A stretch of DNA of 64,000 nt from Octopus bimaculoides (GCF_001194135.2 NC_068982.1:58894287-58958286), one strand, 5' to 3'. Shown: positions 50,592 to 63,400, counted from the first letter of the stretch. Made by a program: numbers and translations. Notes: generated by a model not told the origin, from the letters alone.

Positions 50592-51330
50592 CATATATAT
50601 CTTTTTTTCTTACGGATTTCAGTTTTCTTAAACTGTTATTAACACTACAACCATGTCTTACTACTTTCTTCTCCAAGACATTGACCTAGTGCAGACGTTC
50701 TGACTGGACATTAGTGGCGTAGGACTCATTAGTGTGATGAACCCATCAGAATAATACAAAACAATAAATTTGTAATATTTCGTTCCAATACAACAGATTG
50801 CAACAGAAAATCATTTCGAGTTCGTCTTGCCTTTTTTAATTTAAAAAATCTTTTTTAATAATTCCAGTCCTGATAAAATGTATCGAGATATGTACCGGAT
50901 CTGACAAATTCAACCTATAAATATAACATGGTGCTGGGCATTATTCAAAATAAATGGCCAGGTGTGGATTAGAAACAGGAACCTTAATCGTACGGCAAGA
51001 ATATGCGCCACCCGGGACACACCTTGAGTTTGCCGTCCACTGTACACAACCTATATAGGAATATATAGCGGAACTTAAAGTTCTGTCCCCATAACACCGT
51101 CACCTGAGGTGGACCGACCTCACCTCGCTCCTGCCTTCCCAGCTGCGATACTGAAACATCTACAACAAAACAGAATTTTAGATATAAGTTTTAAAATAAT
51201 CATTCGAGTATATTTTTCTCTTCGTTGATATCAATAACGATGAATGCATTTTTAGGGTTCTCTGTTATATTTTCGCCTTGGTTTTCCTCTGTTCCGTCCT
51301 AGACTACAATGTCAGGCTCTCTGTATTGGG

Positions 51331-51853
51331 GTTGAACTCAGAACGCAATGGCGGACGAAATACCACTAAGCATTTTACCCGGCGTGCTAACGATTCTGCC
51401 AGCTTGTTGCTTTACTATCGTGTATATTGATTTCAAATTTTGGCACAAGGCCAGCGATTTCGAGCGAGAGGTTGGTCGATTGCATCTAGTACTTATTTTA
51501 TCGACTCCGAAAAGATGAAGGGCAAAATTGAGATCGGTGGGATTTGAATCGAGAACGTACAGACGGACGAAATACCACTAAGCATTTTACCCGGCATGCT
51601 AACGATTCTGCCAGCTTGTTGCTTTACTATCGTGTATATTGATTTCAAATTTTGGCACAAGGCCAGCGATTTCGAGCGAGAGGTTGGTCGATTGCATCTA
51701 GTACTTATTTTATCGACTCCGAAAAGATGAAGGGCAAAATTGTGATCGGCGGGATTTGAACTCAGAACGTACAGACGGATGATATACCGCTAAGCATTTT
51801 GTCCGGCGTGCTTACGATTCTGCCAGATCGCTGCTTTACCATTGTGTATATCG
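51331..51853 (-). repeat. Tandem array of type C SINE units, period 212 bp, about 2.5 units
   Basis: The ggacgaaa/ggatgata anchor recurs at 51353, 51565 and 51777; the first two units are nearly identical. Confidence 0.9.
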
Positions 51854-51914
51854 CTACTGAAAAGTCTTTACATGTTACTGACCTCTAGCTAACAAAACAC
51901 ACCTACTCGCATTA

Positions 51915-52165
51915 CATTGGCCAATAATTCTGACCTTCTCCTTCAAATTCTCACCTCAATCCCCTCTCTCCCACCTTACTCCCTCTTAAAACCTCTTCGT
52001 ATATATTTCTCACCATTTTTCTCACAAACATTTGCACAAACTAATTCTTTACATTTAACATACTCAGAGGGACTAAGGGCATTAAAAAAAAAGTGTTTTT
52101 CTCTCTTTCTCTCTCCCTGAAGAAGGTCTAAGTCTGAAACATCAGAAATATCTTCGCCCAAAGGC
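51915..52165 (+). mobile_element. Possible Penelope-like 3' end (GIY-YIG C-terminus and hammerhead-like remnant)
   Basis: NSDLLLQIL..LTYSEGL loosely resembles the PLE endonuclease end; followed by cctgaagaaggtctaagtctgaaacatc. Confidence 0.35.
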
Positions 52166-52517
52166 ATACGAATTTTCAAATAATTATACTTTATCTGTAA
52201 AATCAATTTTTGCTGATTTGCAAAACAACTAGTAACCCTTGATTTTTGGTACACACACACATGCACACATATGTACTCACTTACGTACACATCAACATAG
52301 ATATATATATAAGAACATGTGCTTACATGCCAGTGTGTGCATACGTTTATATACATCACTTTCTGTCACATACAAACATACATACATACATATAAAACTA
52401 CATGAGTATGTGATTGATTTCAAGTACAAATTCACACACGACACACACACATACCCTCTCTTTCTCTCTCTCTCTTTCCCTATATACATACATACATATC
52501 ATGTGTGTGTATATGTA

Positions 52518-52601
<84 letters not shown>

Positions 52602-53693
52602 CATACATACATACAAACATACTCACACACAAACATTCCTACAAAAGTAAATAAACGTATATGCAAATAACAGCACAGATAAATGATACAGACAATCAAC
52701 CACTTATGAATATACAAAATTCTAAATTTTTCCACACATACACACAACTTCAACTACAACGTTTGTGCCTGAATGCATACATGTATACGCGTGCGTCTAT
52801 ATATATATATATAGATGCAGATATAGATGTAGATATATAGATATGTATGTATGTATGTATGTATGTGCTTGTATGCATGTGTATATATCTAAGTGTGTGG
52901 TAATCCTACTAAATATGTACGCTTAAAACGATGTAGCAAACGGCAGCAACATACACATCAATCTTAACATTGGAATCTGCAGTTATTAGTTCAAATGGGA
53001 AATCAGTCATGTAGCAAATAGAAAAATTTCAGTCTTTTCACTGTAATTTCCAAGATGAATCTAATAAATTTTATAATATAGTGTAGTAGCAGAGGAGGGG
53101 GTAACATGAACAAAGACTTAGTAAATTAATTCTTTGTAAATCGTGGTGTGTTTTTTTCTTTTTGTATATCTCTGTTTTTTCTGTGTGTGTGTGTGTATTT
53201 TTCTTCTTTTGTTTCATTTTACAGATTGTTTTTAATTCCTTTTTTTATTTTATTTTATCTTATTTTTCTTGTTGTTGTTGTTGTTGTTGTTTTACAATTC
53301 TGTATCATTATTCAGTGGAAAAGTTTGTAAATGTAACATTAAAAAAACAACAAAATTCAAACAAAGCATTAATTAAAATAATAACAATAATAATAATAAT
53401 AATAATAATTACGCTGTAGTTATCATAATGCAATTACTAATGATGAGGATTACGATGATTATGATGATTTAAAATTTCATTAGTAGGCCCTGTAGCTATA
53501 TATCAATTCTAGACTTATAATAGCATTCTACTGTCGTGGCAATCTTTTTTGCTCACATACATACATACATACATACATACAAACATGCATACATACATAT
53601 ACAAATATACATGCCCTCATATACATACAAGCATACATATATACACACACTCACACACATATGTCTCTGTGTATGTATCTATATCTATCTGTC

Positions 53694-53760
<67 letters not shown>

Positions 53761-54428
53761 AAACGCCTGTGTTAGAATGGGGGTAGCTGATGAAGGAAAA
53801 TGTTCTCTATGTGGCCTGTGTGTGTTCTGTACTCTGGTTATTATTATTTTTTGTCTACGTTTTGTTTGCAATGTCCTGTACCCAGATATGTACCTATATA
53901 TATACAGGTAGACGTAGGTATGCACATACCTGTACGTATATATGCATATACTCATTTATTATTTGTTATATATATATATATATAACGTGGTTCAGTATGG
54001 TTTGAAGATGGCTTGGCTCCTATTTCTGCCACGTCTGACCCTAGATTTTTTCCGTCTTTATCTGTGATGTAACAGAGCTTTGTAAAGAATTATTCTAAGG
54101 ACCTTTTATTGGTGCAATAATCAAATGCTTTTTTAACAGTACTGGTGTTGTTAACGCTTAACTCAACTTTAGAGCAGTACCTTGTTGAAATATGTTCTAC
54201 TTCTGGTAATCATGTCCTTTATTCAAGTATAGCATATCCAAGACTAAATTAGCCAATATGTATTTCAGACAGAAATGATAGATAATTGAAGGAGATTACG
54301 CTACCCTATCTAGCGCCCCTTTCACGCAATGCTGAATAGTTTTGTAAGAGTTTAAAGAATGTCTAAACTTGTTTGAATACTTCTGTTAAGCAATTGTTCT
54401 AACAACGATTTAAGTATAGAACAATATA

Positions 54429-54497
<69 letters not shown>

Positions 54498-54756
54498 ACA
54501 GCAAAATATTCAGAAACGAATGTATATATAGATATTAATGTTGTCTTTATTATCGAAGGCAATACAAATAGTCGATAATAGCAACAGTATTAATAAAGGT
54601 GGTTGCAGGCCTAAATCAGCATTATATAGCTATAAAATTAAAATTATATTAATCCTAAGGACACAATAAAGTGTCTACCTGCTAGAAATGAAAGTTAAAA
54701 TCATCATTTGGACAACCAAAAATTTACACTGAAAACAACAGATTCAATCTGTTATT

Positions 54757-55100
54757 TACTGCGGTAAATGTGGGGCATCTTACATAGGGAGCACCACCAA
54801 GAAATTGCACATCCGTATAAAAGAACATTTGCACACGGACACTTTAACATAAAAACACCTAAAGAATTGCCAAACCTGGAATTTTAAAGTAGCCATCAGG
54901 GCTACCCAATGCTACCGGAACAATCTCAGAATCATAGAGGCCCTCCTTATAAATAAATTGTAATCTGCATTAACAACAGGAAGGAACTATACGAAGCAGA
55001 CCATGTCACCTTCCTCTTTCCTCCCACACACAATTGAGCAACGACTTTTTCCAGCCACCAAATAACCTGAGGCAGCGGTCATAACCCTGAAATGCAGAAA
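54757..55100 (+). mobile_element. Penelope-like element: GIY-YIG endonuclease remnant plus terminal repeat
   Basis: One frame, one internal stop: YCGKCGASYIGSTTKKLHIRIKEHLH..NLRIIEALLINKL* (54757-54963); then ctgaggcagcggtcataaccctgaaatg. Confidence 0.8.
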
Positions 55101-55205
55101 TATAAGTAAAACTGCAACTTTGGTCTATTTTCTTTTCCTTTTATAGTTTGCTTTGTATTTTCTCGTATTGCTCCAACCTTTCACAACAAATATCATTAAC
55201 ACACC

Positions 55206-55270
<65 letters not shown>

Positions 55271-55275
55271 TGCTG

Positions 55276-55566
55276 AGACCCCCTTCGGTCATGACTGACC
55301 ATGAGATTGCACCTAAAAATTTACCCTCCCAGACACAAGTCCGGGCAAGGTTGTTTATGGAAGATCAGCAGTCGCCCATGCATACCGGCCTCCCCTCTCC
55401 ATGCCACCAGTGCTATCCAAGGTAAAGGCAAAAGCCGACACAGCTCACTTGAGTGAACTGGAGCAACGTGAAATAAAGTGTCTTGCTCAAGAACACAACA
55501 CGCAGCCCAGTCCGGGATTCGAACTCGTAACCTCACGATCGTAAGCTCGACGCTCTAACCACTGAG

Positions 55567-55569
<3 letters not shown>
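55276..55569 (-). mobile_element. SINE type D with tail Z, inside a (TA)n tract
   Basis: Aligns to 1615-1952 and 33390-33733; (TA)n on both sides. Confidence 0.9.
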
Positions 55570-55628
<59 letters not shown>

Positions 55629-57135
55629 CGAAGTGTACAGTATTATATATCCATTACGTCCAAACATACCAATCGGTTTCGCATTAAGGGTTCAACGGAG
55701 TGTTAGGTAACAGCCTGATTATGTGACCCTGCGCTTTTCAGAGGTGACAGTTATGGAATGGATTATGGTGGCTGGTCTCTATTATTGGAGGTGAACAGAC
55801 ACATCCAGATTGTGGTTGCTGAAACGAACCGAAAAAGGGCTAAGTTAAGAGTCATGTCCCTTGGTACCAAAATCCCAATCTCTAGAGGTATTGCAAGTCG
55901 TAAGAGTTTTCCTGGAAAAGAGTATGGGAGTTGTGTGCACCTATTAATATACCCACTCTACTGGCAGATATACGAGTGCATTTTTTCCTGACTTATGGAT
56001 TCTTAGACGGCTATATATATAAGAAAAAATGGCAAAGGAATAAACGATTATCGTATTAACTTCATTGGCTTACAACTGTTTCTGCTATAAAGTGCAGTGG
56101 ACACAGTGTGTCTGTCTGCTCTGTATTCGACTAACGCTTCGTTCTGAAGCATATTGAGTTCTACACTGGGTTATTAGTCTCACAATGTCTAGTATATATG
56201 TGTGTGTGTGTGTATGTGTGTATGTGTATATATAAACATACATATATACACACAGAGAAAGAAAGGAAGAGGAATAATACTTCGTATATAGCATAGCGAA
56301 TGTTAAGCGTTTGGCTTATATCGCCGAGATACGAAACACGTCGATTTGCCAGCTACCTTATCGATTCGACCATCTGCGACACAATCAATTAAATGAATCA
56401 GTAAGTTAAGTAAATTCTCATAATTTGTTTTCCTAAAATACATTATTTGTAAATATTGGCAACCTTTGATCATTTATTTTGTTACATGAATGTAAATGTT
56501 GCTTTCTTCCTTCAGTCTGTTTTGTGCGGTTTTCTCCAACATGAATATTTCTGTGATTTCAGATATTTGGATTATAGTGTTTCTTTTTGATAGAAGATCT
56601 ATGGCTAAGAATATCAATGATTTCGCCCAATGGATTCATTGCCGCAATATAGGAAAAGAAGAGAAGCGAAAGGGATTAACTATTTACTGGTTAAGCATTA
56701 TAATGGATATTTTATAGATGACCAGCCTTATTTTCTTTGATACTTTGTATCATGTCTTTGAATATTTGAAAAAAAACAAACAAACAAACAAACAAAAAAC
56801 AATAATGGAAATAAAAGATACAAAGGAGAAATGACCACCTTCTTGATATTTCTCATCTTGTCAGTTTTCTTGTGAATTGTATAACGTATTGTATTTCTCT
56901 CTCTCTCTCTCTCTTTCTCCATATGGAATAGTTTTTAAAGCATTTGATACGTTGAGTAAAGATAAATAAATATAGAGGGAACGTAAATGTCCATTTTGCT
57001 TAAGGAATAATAAAAGAAATAAAGAATGACAATATGACAGAAGTGAATAGAATATGACAGAGCAGAAGGCTAGCTTTGAGAGCTATCAGTTAGATGGTCT
57101 GGTTAAACGACACGAGAATGAAAAATGACTATGAT

Positions 57136-57176
<41 letters not shown>

Positions 57177-58674
57177 CAAATAGTCATTTTTGTATGTATA
57201 TATGTATGTATAATGCAAATATCTCTGGCAGGGGTGCCAAAAACAACGACAAAACAATAAAAAAGGATGAAAATAGGAAAGAAAAGGGGAAAAAAACTTG
57301 CAATAAAAAACGATTGGCATAGATACGGCTTCAAGTTAAAGCGTATAGACACGAATAAAATGGTCAATCGGTAAAAGAGTGAAAGAAAGATGAAAGAAAC
57401 AGATTTACTGGTCCAGTGATGGATAAACAAATTGATTGAATGATTTAGCAATTGATCTGTAAGTAGAAATGTTACTAAACAGATGCTAATAGGCATATTT
57501 CGTGTGATACAAACAACACTTGTTATCTAGTGAAAGCAATAAAGAGTAGTGACAATGGGGGGTGTGGGGGGGATGAGGGAAAAAGCAATATGGCCGTCAC
57601 GAGGCAATGTTAGCTAACTCTACCACGTACAACATACAGACGCTATCAATTGGGTAACCATCAATTTGATAACAAACACAAACAAAAAAAAAAGTTGTTA
57701 AATGTCTATAAGGATGATTAATTTCGTTCGTTCTTCTTCTTCTCTTTGGCTTACTCTTCCCCCCTCTCTGTGTCTCTCTTTCTCTCTCACCCACCTCTCT
57801 TTCTTCCTGCGCATGTGTCGTAAACAATGCTTTTCTTCAAATATACATGTGTAAATATTTACACAGGGAAATTTTTAAAATAAAATCAAAAGGTACCCGA
57901 TGATGCCCAGCTATTATAGTAAAGTACCATGAGACAGAAAGATGTGATTTGCAGCTTTATTTGACAGGTCTAGCTGGCTCTTGGACGTTTCTCCGGCTGG
58001 TTCATACATATACACATCAAAAAAATCCGTACAGTGTTTTGTAGCAAATTTGGTTGCTTTGGCTGTCATTTTGAGTTACTGCGGGTATGTTCCATGTTGG
58101 CTAAGACAGCAAAGTATTTCATCATCTGTCATATTCTTGTAATTAATTAAGGACGAAAGTGCAGCACGTGAGACCTTAATTCTTTTTTCAGGGGATCCGC
58201 GACTAGCTGAGTGAAAGGAAGATTTCCTCAAATCAGAGATCTAGTTCGAATCCTTCCAATAGTCAACTCTGTGAAAGGTAACCGAGGAAAGAGGAGCGAT
58301 GCAATGCATATACGTTAAAGATAAATAAATGCTTGAGGTATATATATATATATATGAAAGTCACAGTATATGGATTCAAGTAATTCGGTATTACTCTTAA
58401 AACACCTCCTTAATGTATCATTCTACAAAACATATACAGGATCTTTTTTAAAACGGGGGCCACATTTTTCATTAACGAAACACTTTGAAACTTGGAACAC
58501 TGGTAGAATGTGTCATATAAAACATCTTTTTCTCTTAGTCTTCTTTAAAAAAAAAAGAAATCCATAAGTTATTCCATGTTAAAGTTGTATTTCTGTAATT
58601 TCAACCAATCACTGACGTCCATTCAGCCGATATACATTAAGTGCCGACTACATAAACAAGCGATTCTGAAACAA

Positions 58675-58708
58675 TTAACCCTAACCCTAACGTTAGGGTT
58701 AGGGTTAA
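58675..58708. repeat. Perfect 34-bp palindrome of telomere-type repeats
   Basis: ttaaccctaaccctaac|gttagggttagggttaa; the arms are exact reverse complements. Confidence 0.95.
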
Positions 58709-59457
58709 AGCAAATTTAAAATGAAAAAAGCAAATAAAACGAAGGTATGGAGATTNNNNNNNNNNNNNNNNNNNNNNNNNNNNNNNNNNNNNNNNNNNNN
58801 NNNNNNNNNNNNNNNNNNNNNNNNNNNNNNNNNNNNNNNNNNNNNNNNNNNNNNNNNNNNNNNNNNNNNNNNNNNNNNNNNNNNNNNNNNNNNNNNNNNN
58901 NNNNNNNNNNNNNNNNNNNNNNNNNNNNNNNNNNNNNNNNNNNNNNNNNNNNNNNNNNNNNNNNNNNNNNNNNNNNNNNNNNNNNNNNNNNNNNNNNNNN
59001 NNNNNNNNNNNNNNNNNNNNNNNNNNNNNNNNNNNNNNNNNNNNNNNNNNNNNNNNNNNNNNNNNNNNNNNNNNNNNNNNNNNNNNNNNNNNNNNNNNNN
59101 NNNNNNNNNNNNNNNNNNNNNNNNNNNNNNNNNNNNNNNNNNNNNNNCGCACACACACACACACACACTTCTTGGAGATTTTAAATAAAATTATACTTAT
59201 GTGTCCATCTGTTTTAATTTAATTTAATTAAATTCTATGTCTTTATGCAGCCAATGATTGCTCTGCATTTAAATTGATGTAATGATTGCAATGTTCAATT
59301 AAATGGAATTGCTTGACACGATCGTACTGCATTACCTCTGGATATCCTTGTTGCGTATTTTGATTTTAGCCACCTTATTTTGAAATTGTATGGATAATAC
59401 CGTACTAAACTCTGGTGCCTCAACTTAAGTACCATATTCATCATCTGAATCTATCTA

Positions 59458-59490
<33 letters not shown>

Positions 59491-59773
59491 GCACACAATT
59501 GTATACACATACACACGTATCCGGTATACGCAACTGAAGCAAGGCTAAATTAAACTAGCCATTTGCGTGTCATATTTAATGTATATACATCGTTGACAGG
59601 CAAGTTATTACGATATTTTTCTTGAGATATTGTTATCGAAAATAGTGCGTCTTATGGTCTTGATACATTTAAAAATATATATCGAAGGGAGGTGAAAAAC
59701 CACCCCAGAAGCAGCTTGCGAAAACGTCAGATCCATTTCGGCTTATGTTCATGTTCTTTTCTCTATCCCTTTT

Positions 59774-59800
59774 CTGACGAAGAGCCATGCTCGAAACGTC
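59774..59800 (+). ncRNA. Minimal hammerhead-ribozyme-like motif in a Penelope-type tail
   Basis: CTGACGA-A-GAGC-cat-GCTC-GAAAC-GTC: core and stem II intact, palindromic ACGT stem III, stem I poorly supported. Confidence 0.45.
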
Positions 59801-59916
59801 ACACACACTCACTTTTTTCCAGCTTAGTGTCAACCTAATACATTCACCGTGTACGTCCTTTTGACTTCCGATATTTTTGTTTTTATTTCGGGTTTACCAA
59901 TACATATATACATATG

Positions 59917-59950
<34 letters not shown>

Positions 59951-59958
59951 TGTATGTA

Positions 59959-60225
59959 GACAAACTTGGTTCCATATGTGGATTTCCTGGTGCAGGCTGG
60001 AACATTACAATAGTCTTGTCCAGGCTAATGCCGAGTCCAAATGCCTTGCAAGAAGCGGAAAGGCAATTCATGAGTATCTGCATGCCATCCACTGTATGAG
60101 TAACTAAGTCACAGTCATCTGCATAAAGGAGATCACGAATAATAGACTGGAGAACCTCTGAATTGGCAGCAAATCGGCGAAGATTAAAGAGGCGGCCAGA
60201 AGATCGATATCTGACATATATTCTC
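59959..60225 (-). mobile_element. RTE-clade LINE reverse transcriptase fragment (inverted 5' part)
   Basis: IYVRYRSSGRLFNLRRF..IIRDLLYADDCDLV..LMNCLSASCKAFGLGISLDKTIVMFQPAPG; YADD at 60125-60114. Confidence 0.9.
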
Positions 60226-60421
60226 AGAGAAAGCACGGCTCGTCTAGTGAATGGGGAAAGCTTGGTCTGCAATGTTTGCAGTCATGTATGCTTATCAAGA
60301 GCAGGGCTCGTTAGCCACCAACGGAGCCGCAAAAGCAAAATATAAGTTAGTCCTAGAGCGCACAATGTTCTTGAAGGTCGGCAATGATCATCCTCGGTCA
60401 CGAGTGGACGGCCATCGTCAT
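60226..60421 (+). mobile_element. RTE-clade LINE 3' end (C-terminal zinc-finger-like segment, 3' UTR, (TGTA)n tail)
   Basis: VCNVCSHVCLSRAGLVSHQRSRKSKI*, then atcatcctcggtcacgagtggacggccatcgtca and (tgta)n. Confidence 0.75.
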
Positions 60422-61205
60422 GTATGTATGTATGTATTCATGTATGTGTGTATATTATATATATATTCATTATTAGCGATGGAAACAATATTGGTTCAGA
60501 ATAGCATTCTGTATATTTGAGTTAATGTAGAGATCCTATTCAAAATCGCAAAACTGCAGTATTCGTCTTGGTTTCAGAAATCGGTGACGGGAGGCAAACA
60601 TTTGTTATTAGCGACAGAAGCAGTACTGGTTCGGAATAAAATACTGTATACACATAGTATTTTCTATACTAGTAAAAGCGAATGTTGCGTAAGTATGTGA
60701 TTGATAATGGATACTTGCTACTGATGGTGTGCAATGACATGGAAATCATGATTTAGCAATTCCGCCACCCACCACTGATATACGATTTTCGTCTGCAACT
60801 GATAGTCTGTGCTTTTTAGCAATAAATATCTATATGAGAAGCTTTCTCAAGAAGAGTACGGTACTTTAGCGGCTTTCGATAGTATATCCGCGTTAAGTGA
60901 GACACAGGATACTATAAATAAATTGCGCTTTTATTCTGATCACTCGAGGATGCGCATGTATACAGCTGATGTTAAATCATATTAAAACAATATTGCGTAT
61001 AATGTATGCAACATTCAGCAATTAACAGTCAATGATGATGCGTTAAAATCTTTGTAGCGAATTTTTAATAAAGCCTGCGGATTTTCACATGTACATCCCA
61101 TAACAGAAGTCCTACAGTATGATACGATTTGGTAACCGATTCCCAGACAGGAGCTCTGAAGCGCACACTGTAAGGTTATTACCCAGATTATATATATACA
61201 TATAA

Positions 61206-61376
61206 GGCGCAGGAGTGGCTGTCTGGTAAGTAGCTTGCTTACCAACCACATGGTTCCGGGTTCAGTCCCACTGCGTGGCACCTTGGACAAGTGTCTTCTA
61301 CTATAGCCTCGGGCCGACCAAAGCCTTGTGAGTGGATTTGGTAGACGGAAACTGAAAGAAGCCCGTCGTATATATG

Positions 61377-61462
<86 letters not shown>

Positions 61463-61682
61463 CTTGTGTGTCTGTGTTTGTCCCCCCAACATCGCTTGAC
61501 AACCGATGCTGGTGTGTTTACGTCCCCGTAACCTAGCGGTTCGGCAAAAGAGTTAGATAGAATAGGTACTAGGCTTACAAAGAATAAGTCCTGGGGTCGA
61601 TTTGCTCGACTAAAGGCGGTGCTACAGCATGGCCACAGTCAAATGACTGAAACAAGTAAAAGAGTAACAGAGTAAAGAGTAT
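61206..61682 (+). mobile_element. Full-length SINE type B with an expanded internal (TA)(TG)n
   Basis: Best-preserved copy; all modules present. Confidence 0.95.
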
Positions 61683-62269
61683 ATATGTATATATATATAC
61701 ACACTCGCACACATTTATACATGCACACGTATACGGTATACACAACTGCTGCAAATTTAAATTAAAATAATTATTCATGCATCATTATACGTATTATACA
61801 TACAACGTTGACAGACAAGTTCTCTATGTATGCATGAATCACAGGGAGAAACCTCTAAGAGCTAGCTAGACATGCCAAATGAAGCTACCAAATCTTCCGA
61901 AAATCACATATTTATATTTACACATTTCTTTCACAGACTCAAAGCAGCCAAATCAACGAGAGAAAGAGGGAAGGAGAGAGAGAGAGAGAGAGAGTGAGAA
62001 TGAGAGAGAGAGGGAGAGAGAGAGACAGAGAGACAGAGAAAGTGAGGGTGAGGGTGAGAGAGAGACCCCACCAGCGCGAAATAGGAATATATTGTAGAAT
62101 GTGAATCCCTTTTCTCTGGCTGTGGGGCAGCCCAGACTATTCGTCATCGGAACGTTTTCTTTGTAGTTTGGATCATTTGAAAAATTACATAATGACTGTA
62201 CAAGATTGCGTAAAAATATGAAACAGTTTGATTCAGACGTGAAATAATAATAATACTGCATTTTGCATT

Positions 62270-62381
<112 letters not shown>

Positions 62382-62443
62382 TATATATATGTGTGTGTAT
62401 ATATAAACATATCTATGTATATATATATATATATGTGTATATA

Positions 62444-62475
<32 letters not shown>

Positions 62476-62524
62476 ATATATATGTGTGTATATATATATA
62501 TGTGTGTGTGTATATATATATATG

Positions 62525-62556
<32 letters not shown>

Positions 62557-62829
62557 CGTGTTATTTCTTTTTGTTTCATTTTTCCTTCCGTTGCTTTTCA
62601 AAGTCGAGTCAAGAAAATATTTGATCTGTCCGGGGTGTCGATAAAATAATTAATAATTTCCAGTAATATGTTCTGTTGTTTCGTTTCTGATATGCCCTTC
62701 CATCAAAACGCGTAAGCTCTGTGATTTTTAAAATTTATTTTATTTATGTTATTCATTTATTTATTTATTTATTTATTTATTTATTTCTACATGCTTTGTT
62801 CTAGAGAAAAGGGTCGTGTTCTTTAACTT

Positions 62830-63088
62830 TGAAAGACCTTCCGAGATCTGTGATATTGAGGTGATTGAAGCTCCTCTTGAACAGATGTAAATTGGAGGCT
62901 GCAGAAAAAAGTCATACGGCATGGGCTGAGAGGGGATTCCGGTCGAGTGTGGGGGTATTGCGGAACTTGTGTGGGGGATACAAATATGGCTGATGGAGAA
63001 GAATCAACGAGCAATTTCGATGAGTCTGAGTTGGGGTGGTGATACAAGTTCAGCCAGCCCCTCGAGGAACAGTCTACTNNNNNNNNNN

Positions 63089-63130
<42 letters not shown>

Positions 63131-63400
63131 TGCATGTATGTATGTATGTATGTGTATAGTACCAGCACACCGTCCCAGTTATTGGAGCAGTACTCTTCTG
63201 TGGATCTCAGCTGAGCTCTGTATTGGCTTAGTAACTGTGAGTATTGTCTAGCTCTGAAGAGTTTGGTTTGTCTTTACAGTATAGTTTGCGATGATGAGGA
63301 TACGACATCTCCAGCAGTAATTCTCAATGATTGTGAATGTAAGCAATAACCGTGAACATTATACCAATTTTGAGGGTTATCTCTCTTGTTATTCACATTC
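62830..63400 (+). mobile_element. Possible decayed RTE-type AP-endonuclease remnant split by a microsatellite and gap
   Basis: CGGIAELV..NQRAISM and VVIQVQPAP (cf. IIQVYAP); weak. Confidence 0.3.

Noticed and set aside
50714-51168. Possible MITE with degenerate CAGTGGCGTAG-type termini
   Set aside because: The termini match poorly and no TSD or second copy is visible.
55730-55990. Possible L1/Tx1-like ORF2 remnant (GGWSLLLEVNRH)
   Set aside because: Similarity is too faint to support without a search.
58675-58708. Telomere fusion scar
   Set aside because: The orientation is CCCTAA then TTAGGG, the reverse of an end-to-end fusion, and there are only about two units per side.
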